A stretch of 41,325 nucleotides of DNA. It comes from Capsulimonadales bacterium (GTDB lineage: Bacteria; Armatimonadota; Armatimonadia; Armatimonadales; Armatimonadaceae). The translations under genes were made by a program, and so were the position numbers. The stretch covers positions 1 through 41,325 of the forward strand of contig JANRLW010000127.1 of assembly GCA_033762295.1 (NCBI GenBank), written 5' to 3'. Shown in pieces: positions 17,044 through 25,674 of this stretch (positions are counted from its first letter, which is position 1; every line of letters begins with the position of its first letter). Below the pieces are notes generated by a model that saw only the letters and a program-made list of their open reading frames with translations, was not told the origin of the DNA and searched no databases.

Positions 17044-18852
17044 ATGGCGAAAATCAAGTCAACCGGAGCGAAAGCACTGCTCGAATGCCTGCGCCGTGAG
17101 GGTGTGGACATCATCTTCGGATATCCCGGCGGCGCGGTCATTCCGCTGTACGACGAGATCTACCACTGCGATTTCCTTCAGCACGTCCTCGTCCGCCATG
17201 AACAGGGCGGCGGACATATGGCGGAAGGCTACGCGCATGCGACCGGGAAGGTCGGCGTCTGCATCGGCACGTCCGGCCCCGGCGCGACCAACCTGGTGAC
17301 GCCGATCTGCGACGCGATGATGGACAGCATTCCGATGGTCGCCATTACCGGACAGGTGCGTACCGAGGTGATCGGCAAGGACGCCTTTCAGGAGGCCGAT
17401 ATCACCGGTATCACCATGCCGATCACCAAGCATAACTGGCTCGTCAAGAATGTCAACGACCTGCCGCGCATCATGCACGAGGCGTTTCATATCGCCCGGT
17501 CCGGTCGACCCGGTCCCGTGCTGGTCGACGTTCCCGTGGACATCGCCCGCGCCGTCTTCGAGTACGATCCGGACGAAGCTCAGAAAGTCGACATCCGTTC
17601 GTTCAAATCCGAGTTCAAGATCCATAACCTTCAGGTCAAGCGCGCCGCCGAACTGATCGCGGAAGCCAGGCGTCCGGTTCTCTATGCCGGTGGCGGGGCG
17701 AAAGCGGCCCACGCGCACGCCGAACTGCTGGAACTGGCCGAGCGGACGGGCATTCCGGTCACCACCACGCTGCACGGTCTGGGAACGTTCCCGGAGGACC
17801 ACGACCTGTCTCTGGGCATGCTCGGAATGCATGGTACCGCCTACGCCAACTATGCCGTCCATCACTGCGACCTGCTGATCGCCATCGGCGCGCGGTTCGA
17901 CGACCGGGTGACCGGCAAGGTCGCCGCGTTCGCTCCGGAGGCGAAAGTCATCCATATGGATATCGATCCGGGCGAGATCAACAAGGTCCGCCGCGCCGAT
18001 GTCTCGATCGTCGGGGATTGCCGCGCCGCTCTGATGGAGCTGCTGAAGTACGTCGAGCCCCAGACCGAGATGGAGCGGATTATGGAGCGGAGCGAATGGC
18101 GGCATCGAATCGGCAAATGGAAATCCGATTACCCGCTCGAAGTGCCGGACGGACGGGAGGACGGTCAGCTACATAGCGAGTTCGTCATTCGGGAGATCGC
18201 CCGAATGACCGACCGCAAGGTCGTGGTCACCACCGATGTCGGGCAGCACCAGATGTGGTCCGCGCAGCATTTCGGCATGCGATCGCCCCGTCAGTTCATC
18301 ACCTCGGGCGGACTGGGCACGATGGGCTTCGGCCTTCCCGCCGCCATCGGCGCGGCGTTCGGTTTGAAAGGCGAAACACCGGTCTGGTGCATCTCCGGCG
18401 ACGGTTCCATCCAGATGTGCATCCAGGAACTGATGGTCGCCTCCATCTATCAACTGCCGGTCAAGATCGCCATTCTGAACAATCAGTTCCTGGGGATGGT
18501 CCGCCAGTGGCAGGAGATGTTCTGGCAGAAGCACTACTCCGAGGTCAACCTGGAACGCGCCCCGGACTTCGTCAAGCTGGCCGAAGCCTATGGCGTGACC
18601 GGTCTTCGCTGTTCCGACGTTTCCGATATCGAAGCGACGATCCGGAAAGCGATCGAGACGCCGGGTCCGGTCCTGATCGATTTCCGGGTCGCCAAGGAAA
18701 CCAACGTCTTCCCGATGATTCCGGCCGGTCAGACCATTCATGATATGGTGATTCGCAAGCCGGAACCGATGCCGACGCCGGTCGCCCCGCCCGTCGAGGA
18801 GCGCGATACCCGCTTCCCGCAGCCGGATGAGGTGATCGAGGTCGGTCGGTGA
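17044..18852 (+). CDS. ilvB: acetolactate synthase large (catalytic) subunit
   Basis: IFGYPGGA, RHEQG, TSGPGATN, TGQV, FQEAD, GRPGPVLVD.P.D, GMHG, RFDDRVTG, TDVGQHQMW, SGGLGTMG, GDGS..M...EL...LNN.LGMVRQWQ. RBS GGAGG upstream. Confidence 0.97.
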   Translation: MAKIKSTGAKALLECLRREGVDIIFGYPGGAVIPLYDEIYHCDFLQHVLVRHEQGGGHMAEGYAHATGKVGVCIGTSGPGATNLVTPICDAMMDSIPMVAITGQVRTEVIGKDAFQEADITGITMPITKHNWLVKNVNDLPRIMHEAFHIARSGRPGPVLVDVPVDIARAVFEYDPDEAQKVDIRSFKSEFKIHNLQVKRAAELIAEARRPVLYAGGGAKAAHAHAELLELAERTGIPVTTTLHGLGTFPEDHDLSLGMLGMHGTAYANYAVHHCDLLIAIGARFDDRVTGKVAAFAPEAKVIHMDIDPGEINKVRRADVSIVGDCRAALMELLKYVEPQTEMERIMERSEWRHRIGKWKSDYPLEVPDGREDGQLHSEFVIREIARMTDRKVVVTTDVGQHQMWSAQHFGMRSPRQFITSGGLGTMGFGLPAAIGAAFGLKGETPVWCISGDGSIQMCIQELMVASIYQLPVKIAILNNQFLGMVRQWQEMFWQKHYSEVNLERAPDFVKLAEAYGVTGLRCSDVSDIEATIRKAIETPGPVLIDFRVAKETNVFPMIPAGQTIHDMVIRKPEPMPTPVAPPVEERDTRFPQPDEVIEVGR

Positions 18853-19787
18853 AAGCGCACGGAACGGAGATCGCGCCCGGAGTCTGGTGGTGCGATCTCG
18901 GTCCGGTCAACGCCTACCTGGTCGGCGAACCGGGCGGGCCGTGGTCGGTCGTCGATACCGGGTTGTCCCTGCATTTCGACGCCCTCCGCGCCGCCGCCGA
19001 TGCCCGGTTCGGCCCGGACTCCCGCCCGGAAGCGATCTATCTGACGCACGGGCATCCGGACCACGCCGGTTCGGCGCTCGCCCTGGCCGCCTTTTATGAC
19101 GCGCCGGTCTACGTCCACCGCCGGGAACTGCCGTTCGTCACCGGACGAGCCGTCTACCCGCCGCCCGATCCGACCGTCGGCGGGGCGCTCGCCTGGATGG
19201 TCCGCCTCTACCCGCCGATGAAGCCGATCGATCTGGGAATGTGGGTCCATGCTTTGCCCGCCTCCGAGGGCATCCCGTCCGACGACCTGCCGGGTATGGC
19301 CGGGTGGCAGGTCGTCGAAACACCCGGGCACGCTCCCGGACAGGTCGCTTTCTTCCGACCCACGGACCGTTTCCTGCTGGCCGGGGACGCCTGTACCACG
19401 GTCGACCTCGACTGGTTGCCCTCGATCCTGTCCCGATTGCGCGAACTCGATATCCCGCCGCGACCGGCGACCCCGGATTGGGTCGCGGCCCGAAAATCCC
19501 TGCGAACGCTGGCCGCGCTCAAACCCCGAAGCATCGCCTGCGGTCATGGCGTCCCGATGGAGGGAGCCGAGGTGGCGACGGGTCTTTTCGAACTGGCCGA
19601 ACACTTCATCGCCCCGCTCAGCGGTCGTTATATCGCCGAACCCGCGCGTTTTGACGAGAACGGAGTCACCTTCCTGCCACCGAAACCCGCGGACCCCGTC
19701 CTCAAAGCGGCCATCGTGGTCGGAGCGGCGGCTCTGGCGGGCTGGACGTTTTCCCGTCTCCGAACGCGACGAAAGGAGCGTTCATGA
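18849..19787 (+). CDS. metallo-beta-lactamase-fold hydrolase with C-terminal membrane anchor
   Basis: VNAYLV, VDTG, LTHGHPDHAG, TPGHAPG, AGDA, GHG, followed by a C-terminal hydrophobic helix and basic tail. GTGA overlap with ilvB. Confidence 0.9.
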   Translation: MKAHGTEIAPGVWWCDLGPVNAYLVGEPGGPWSVVDTGLSLHFDALRAAADARFGPDSRPEAIYLTHGHPDHAGSALALAAFYDAPVYVHRRELPFVTGRAVYPPPDPTVGGALAWMVRLYPPMKPIDLGMWVHALPASEGIPSDDLPGMAGWQVVETPGHAPGQVAFFRPTDRFLLAGDACTTVDLDWLPSILSRLRELDIPPRPATPDWVAARKSLRTLAALKPRSIACGHGVPMEGAEVATGLFELAEHFIAPLSGRYIAEPARFDENGVTFLPPKPADPVLKAAIVVGAAALAGWTFSRLRTRRKERS

Positions 19788-20848
19788 TCTTCGCAACGTT
19801 CCTGAAATCTTCGTTTCCCCGCACCATGGGCCGTATTGTCGGCGGTCTTGCCGGACTGACCCTCCTTTTGCCGGGAACCGTCCCGGCACAGTCCCCGACC
19901 GACTCACCGACCACGGTCGAACTCCGCGAGATCGTCAGAGCCGACCAGGCCGAACGGAGCCGTACGTCCGCTCCCACCCCGGAGACCGCGGAAAAGGGAA
20001 TTGCGGAGGACCTGCGGCGACGGCAACGGGTCGCCGCGCTCCTTCGCGACGACAAACTGCGCACCGGGGAGGATTTCGCGCATGCCGCGCTCGTCTTTCA
20101 GCATGGCGAAACGCCCGATGACTTTCTAACCGCGCACGAACTCGCCATTCTGGCCACGCTGAACGGTCGGAACACGACGCTGATCGTCCTGGCGGAGGAT
20201 CGGTTCCTCCGGCGGATCGGCCGGAAGCAGCGGTTCGGCACGCAGTTTTCGGTCGGGGCGGACGGACGGATGACCCTGGACCCGGTCTCGGAAGGACGCC
20301 CGACCGATGTGACCGATGCCCTGCGGGCGGATATGGCGGTGCCCACTCCGGCACAATGGCGCGAACGTCCGAACGCCGAAGCGTATTCCCTCGCCATGCC
20401 GACCATCGAGGCGCGACGGAAACGCGGTACCGATCCGAAGCGGATCGTGACGGAGAGCCGGCGTCCCTGGGCGATCCGTCTGCGACAATGGGCGATGGCA
20501 ACGACTGCCCCTCCGATGGCGCTCGAGCAGACGCTGAAGGTCTACGAGGTGGATGAACTGGCGACTCCGGAGGATTTTCGCAATGCGGCGATTGTGCTGG
20601 GACGCAGTTCCGACGCGGAAACCCTGCTACTGGCGCACGAACTCGCGGTGGTCGCCCTCTGTCGGGGCGACCGGGCCGCCCTGCCGGTGGCGACACGCAC
20701 GCTCGACGCCTTTCTGACGCGGATCGGCGGGCCACCGCGCTACCGCCCGCGTCCGAACGGGGTTCGGGTAACGAACGCCGCGCTTCGGGACCTGCCGCTT
20801 GCGGCGGCGGCCGTTCGCGCCGTCTTCCTTGGCAAGGCGACGAAGTAA
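19784..20848 (+). CDS. exported hypothetical protein with internal duplication (DUF6624-like)
   Basis: Signal peptide, ADQ..R, AALVFQHG, DRFL...G.KQRFGTQF. A second degenerate copy of the helical unit follows. ATGA overlap with the upstream gene. Confidence 0.75.
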   Translation: MIFATFLKSSFPRTMGRIVGGLAGLTLLLPGTVPAQSPTDSPTTVELREIVRADQAERSRTSAPTPETAEKGIAEDLRRRQRVAALLRDDKLRTGEDFAHAALVFQHGETPDDFLTAHELAILATLNGRNTTLIVLAEDRFLRRIGRKQRFGTQFSVGADGRMTLDPVSEGRPTDVTDALRADMAVPTPAQWRERPNAEAYSLAMPTIEARRKRGTDPKRIVTESRRPWAIRLRQWAMATTAPPMALEQTLKVYEVDELATPEDFRNAAIVLGRSSDAETLLLAHELAVVALCRGDRAALPVATRTLDAFLTRIGGPPRYRPRPNGVRVTNAALRDLPLAAAAVRAVFLGKATK

Positions 20849-20905
20849 CGGCGGAACCGGTCTTGAGCCTATTTCAGGTTCTTCAATCACAGGGAAAAAA
20901 ATACT

Positions 20906-21442
20906 ATGGCGAATGCGACAGTGGCGACTGGTGCGACAGGGAGGCTGCGGGTGCAGGAACAGCATACGATTACGGTTCTGGTAGATAATAAACCGGGGGT
21001 ACTGGCCCGCGTTTCCGGACTGTTCGCGCGACGGGGTTACAATATCGAATCCCTGTCCGTATCGATTACCGACGATCCGGACGTTTCGCGTATGACGATC
21101 GTGGTCGTCGGCGACTCCGATATCCTGGAACAGATCACGAAACAGCTGCACAAGCTGGTCGATGTCCTGAAAGTTTACGACTATCTGGATACGCCGATGC
21201 TGGCGCGCGAACTGGCGCTGATCAAGGTTTCGGCGGAGCCGGGACAGCGTACGGAACTGCTGCAACTGGTCGAAATCTTCCGCGGACGTATTCTGGATGT
21301 CGGGGAGAAAACCCTGGTAATCGAAGTCACCGGCGGTTCCGACAAGATCGATGCGTTCGAGAAACAACTGGAAACGTTCGGCGTCCGCGAACTGGTCCGC
21401 ACCGGTCGGATCGCCATGATGCGCGGCGGACGCACGGTGTAG
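20906..21442 (+). CDS. ilvN: acetolactate synthase small regulatory subunit
   Basis: HTITVLVDNKPGVLARVSGLFARRGYNIESL, SRMTIV, EQITKQLHKLVDV, RELALIKV, ELVRTG. Confidence 0.97.
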   Translation: MANATVATGATGRLRVQEQHTITVLVDNKPGVLARVSGLFARRGYNIESLSVSITDDPDVSRMTIVVVGDSDILEQITKQLHKLVDVLKVYDYLDTPMLARELALIKVSAEPGQRTELLQLVEIFRGRILDVGEKTLVIEVTGGSDKIDAFEKQLETFGVRELVRTGRIAMMRGGRTV

Positions 21443-21491
21443 GAGTTCGGGCCGAACACCCGACACTCGGAGGATGTACTCGGAGGACGTT

Positions 21492-21842
21492 ATGGACACG
21501 GGGCGCGAACTGGAAGCGGCGATGCGTGAGTTGGAAGTCAAGCTACCGCAACTGCGGCGGCTGATGGCGGACGCCACCCTGCCGTTCGGAGTCGCCGAGG
21601 AGGCGGAAGCCTGGGCCAGCAGTCTTTTGCATTCGATTCGCCTGACGGACAGCCTCGCCAGTCAACTTCGTCGTGTCCTGCTGGGTGAATCGACGCGGAA
21701 ACCGGCGGATTCGGACATGGAAGCGCCGTTTGTGATCCTCCGGTTGAATCCGCCCCCGGTCATGACCGAAATGGAGGCGGAACTGGAACGTGTGTTCGGT
21801 AGCGGCGACATTTCCCACAATGAGGACACCGACAAAGCCTAG
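21492..21842 (+). CDS. hypothetical protein (helical)
   Basis: GGAGG RBS before ATG 21492 (alternative ATG 21474). Amphipathic helical composition; no family recognised. Confidence 0.7.
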   Translation: MDTGRELEAAMRELEVKLPQLRRLMADATLPFGVAEEAEAWASSLLHSIRLTDSLASQLRRVLLGESTRKPADSDMEAPFVILRLNPPPVMTEMEAELERVFGSGDISHNEDTDKA

Positions 21843-21872
21843 CGTTCTTTTGTTCGTGCGCTCAGGCCCCCT

Positions 21873-21897
21873 CCCCTCCCCTTGCCAGGGGGAGGGG
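21873..21897 (+). repeat. REP-like palindrome, left copy of a 25-bp perfect inverted repeat
   Basis: CCCCTCCCCTTGCCAGGGGGAGGGG, itself a hairpin. Exact reverse complement of 22041-22065. Confidence 0.9.
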
Positions 21898-21918
21898 CAA
21901 GAGAACGACGTGGGCCGT

Positions 21919-22084
21919 ATGACCAGGATATTTAATCGGAACAGTGAACTGGAAAAACGCGCGTCACCAATGCGGAATCTACAATGATCTTGACCGGGTT
22001 TGTAGTCGATTAGCTGTAACCTGTGAGCAGCTTCGGTGTTCCCCTCCCCCTGGCAAGGGGAGGGGGCAGGGGAGGGGTTTATGA
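21919..22084 (+). pseudogene. internally deleted, frameshifted DUF559 (Vsr-like endonuclease) gene remnant
   Basis: ATG 21919 reads MTRIFNRNSELEKR, resembling DUF559 N-termini. It is joined in other frames to VTNAE-(I)YNDLDRVCSRL..., resembling the DUF559 C-terminal RFTN.E...NLD.V, and ends at TGA 22082-22084. The catalytic middle is absent. Homology recognised from memory. Confidence 0.6.
22041..22077 (-). repeat. REP-like palindrome, right (longer) copy of the inverted repeat
   Basis: CCCCTCCCCCTGGCAAGGGGAGGGG plus GCAGGGGAGGGG extension. Confidence 0.9.
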
Positions 22085-22275
22085 AAGTACGAATTTCGCT
22101 CGGACGGAAGGGATCGAAGGATCGGCGGAACTGGCTGCCGGAACGCCCGCAGGATCATCGTCCGGGACTGCCCGAGGACCCGCAACAGGACCTGCGTCCC
22201 TGGCTGCCGGAGCATCCGACGGAACGGCGGAAATGGCTGTTGCCGAACGAAAGCGGTGTCCGCAAGGAGAAGTGA
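22081..22275 (+). CDS. 64-aa repeat microprotein (R.WLPE.P repeats)
   Basis: GGAGG within the repeat tail serves as RBS for ATG 22081. Four 11-12 aa repeats: RRNWLPERPQD / HRPGLPEDPQQD / LRPWLPEHPTE / RRKWLLPNE. Confidence 0.7.
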   Translation: MKVRISLGRKGSKDRRNWLPERPQDHRPGLPEDPQQDLRPWLPEHPTERRKWLLPNESGVRKEK

Positions 22276-22279
22276 CGCG

Positions 22280-22603
22280 ATGAAGGAAGAATCCGAACTC
22301 TGGCTATTGACGGATAAGCGTTTCCACGGTGCTATCGAACAGTTGATCACGCAGACGCAGAACGCCCTGACGAACGGACGCACAGTGGAAGCGCAGGCGC
22401 TGACCGCAGCAACCCGGATGCTCCTGGAACAGTACAAGGCCTGGAAACGGGACAGCGAGCCTTATCGGTGGTATTGGGAACCGCGCGACCGGCCTTCCTA
22501 CTTTCCGCCCTGTGCGCCGCCCCCGCCGCACGGGTATCCGGGGCGACATGATGAGCGGCGCTGGCTACTGCCCAATGAGGATATCCTGAGGAGTGACGAG
22601 TAA
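22280..22603 (+). CDS. 107-aa hypothetical protein with C-terminal ERRWLLPNE motif
   Basis: AAGGAG upstream. Helical N-terminal half, Pro/Trp-rich C-terminal half. Shares WLLPNE with the upstream microprotein. Confidence 0.72.
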   Translation: MKEESELWLLTDKRFHGAIEQLITQTQNALTNGRTVEAQALTAATRMLLEQYKAWKRDSEPYRWYWEPRDRPSYFPPCAPPPPHGYPGRHDERRWLLPNEDILRSDE

Positions 22604-22606
22604 GAT

Positions 22607-23353
22607 ATGTCTGCCGAAACACGCTGGGCGTCGCTCCATGACTTTATTGCGCAGTGGCATCGTCCCCTGACGCCCGAGGATGGAGTTCCTCCGGAGGAGA
22701 TGAACACCGTCGAGGAGCGATTCGGTCGCAAACTGCCTGAAGCGGTACGCGAATGGTACGAACGGGCCGGGCGGTTCACGGAAATCACCGACCGGCAGAA
22801 TCATTTGGTTCCTCCGTCGGAAATGGTCATTTCTTCCTATGCGGAGCCCATTGAGGGTCAGGACGATACCTGCGCGTTTCCGGTGGGACTGGAGGTCTGC
22901 AACGAGAATCAGTATGTTTACGGATGGAAGATCCTGGAAACCGATTTGTACGCTTCCGATCCTCCGGTCTATCTGGAGGACCCGGACAATGTTCTCGGCG
23001 AGGAACGCCTTTACCGCGAGGCCGACACGTTCTCGGAATTTATCAGCAAGTCCGTGGCGCTCGAGACGCTGTACGCCCCTGCATATGACGACCGGCGATC
23101 GCACGGAACCGCCTCGGTCGAGAATGTGAGGATGACGCTTTCCGAGCAATACACCTCCCTCTCCGATACACCGCTCTGCCGGGGGGCGTTCTTCTGGAAG
23201 GGCGACGATATCTTGCTCGGAACGCTGGATGAAGGTGGGTCCTTCGTTTTGATCGCTGCCACACGGGAACGTCTGGCTCGGGCGAAAGCGGATCTGGGTG
23301 ACCTGATCGTCTGGACAACTCAAAAAATGGAGAACATTCGCGAAGATATCTGA
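22607..23353 (+). CDS. SMI1/KNR4 (SUKH)-like protein
   Basis: FI..W.RPL...DG....E...EERFG.KLPEA.REWY..AG, ENQ, DPPV, F.EFI pattern typical of SUKH-family domains. GAGGAG upstream. Confidence 0.75.
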   Translation: MSAETRWASLHDFIAQWHRPLTPEDGVPPEEMNTVEERFGRKLPEAVREWYERAGRFTEITDRQNHLVPPSEMVISSYAEPIEGQDDTCAFPVGLEVCNENQYVYGWKILETDLYASDPPVYLEDPDNVLGEERLYREADTFSEFISKSVALETLYAPAYDDRRSHGTASVENVRMTLSEQYTSLSDTPLCRGAFFWKGDDILLGTLDEGGSFVLIAATRERLARAKADLGDLIVWTTQKMENIREDI

Positions 23354-23449
23354 TTCCGGCGGCAGTCTGCGCCTCAGAAGCGCAGGCAACCAACATGAGT
23401 GTCAGGATGAATGACGACGAAGCGTCCTTCGGATAGTTAACGGGCCGTA

Positions 23450-24160
23450 ATGTTGAAACACGATCACTGGACGGACCTGAAAACGTTCATCGAAGAGTGG
23501 TACCGCCCACTCAAACCACAAGATGGTTTGCAGGCGCGCGAAATCGAGTTAGCGGAAACGCGTCTGGGAATCCGATTGCCGGAAGCTTTACGGGAACTCT
23601 ATCTGATAGCCGGGGCTTATCTACCCTGCGGTCATCGCTGGGATCGTCTGGCGGATTTACACATCGCTGAAAGACCGGAACCTGTATTATTTATCTACAG
23701 GGATGAGGGGAGTTTGGATGAGTACATCGTGCCACTGCGATTGATCGGAGAGACTGATCCGCCAGTGGTAAAGTCGTACTGCGAAGAGGAGCAGAAGTCC
23801 GTCGGAAGCGTTTCCGAATGGGCGTTTTATCAAATCATCAAAAACACCTTCCATAGGAAGGCTGTCTATAATAACTCTGCTTATTCGATGTACTGTCCAC
23901 CCCGAGTCAGTCTGAGGGGGGTGCGACTCCTATACTCGCTCGGTGAATACGATGATGAGTTCCGGGCGGGGGATGGTGTACTGATCCGGACAAAGGATCG
24001 CCAGCGATGGATACAATTACTGGCAAAGACGGTGGAAAAAGGTGAGGCGTTTGTTTGTGCGAATCGGGATCACCTTATCTGGAAGCATAAGCCGGATTGT
24101 ATTGAGCGGGAGATAAATGACGGTGGGTCCGCAAACGCTCTGTCAACGAAACCGGTTTGA
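23450..24160 (+). CDS. SMI1/KNR4 (SUKH)-like protein, paralog of 22607-23353
   Basis: FIEEWYRPLKPQDGL...EIELAETRLGIRLPEALRELY..AG, DPPV, SVSEW. Visibly AT-richer than the flanking genes. Confidence 0.75.
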   Translation: MLKHDHWTDLKTFIEEWYRPLKPQDGLQAREIELAETRLGIRLPEALRELYLIAGAYLPCGHRWDRLADLHIAERPEPVLFIYRDEGSLDEYIVPLRLIGETDPPVVKSYCEEEQKSVGSVSEWAFYQIIKNTFHRKAVYNNSAYSMYCPPRVSLRGVRLLYSLGEYDDEFRAGDGVLIRTKDRQRWIQLLAKTVEKGEAFVCANRDHLIWKHKPDCIEREINDGGSANALSTKPV

Positions 24161-24185
24161 TATCGCGAGTAACATAAGCCGGTAG

Positions 24186-25355
<1,170 letters not shown>

Positions 25356-25371
25356 AACAGCAGGAGGTTAC

Positions 25372-25426
25372 GGTGCCGGGGAGCCGGGTGTCAGGTAACA
25401 GGAACCTGTCCCCGACTCCCCGCACC
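25372..25426 (+). other. long intergenic stem-loop after ilvC
   Basis: GGTGC.GGGGAG.CGGG..CAGGT ... ACCTG.CCCG.CTCCCCGCACC imperfect inverted repeat with no U tract. Confidence 0.5.
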
Positions 25427-25434
25427 TAGCACCT

Positions 25435-25674
25435 ATGCCGGATATCAAACCGAATCCGTTCGACCGTCCCGGTAAAAAACCGGTCCGTCCTTTTTCGCCC
25501 GAGGAGGGCTGCCTGACCGTCGGAGTCGGAGCCGGTCTTTTGTTGCTTTCGATGATCTTCTGGGGATGGTTCTACTGGCAAAACAACCCGGAATTCCATC
25601 CCGAACGAGCGTCCTCGTCTCCCGGAACGGAACGCTCACAGCGGAAACGTGCGACGCCTGGTCTGAACCCATGA
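25435..25674 (+). CDS. small single-pass membrane protein
   Basis: 79 aa with one hydrophobic segment (VGVGAGLLLLSMIFWGWFYW). Its stop overlaps the leuA ATG (ATGA). Confidence 0.55.
   Translation: MPDIKPNPFDRPGKKPVRPFSPEEGCLTVGVGAGLLLLSMIFWGWFYWQNNPEFHPERASSSPGTERSQRKRATPGLNP

Noticed and set aside
16458..17141. ORFs across the ilvB leader, including the 16933 start for ilvB
   Set aside because: The region is explained by the T-box RNA and its terminator. ATG 17044 has an RBS and matches the start of homology.
22120..22251. Roughly 33-36 bp periodic repeats as a possible CRISPR array
   Set aside because: The repeats are degenerate, in-frame coding units without unique spacers, and there are no cas genes in the window.
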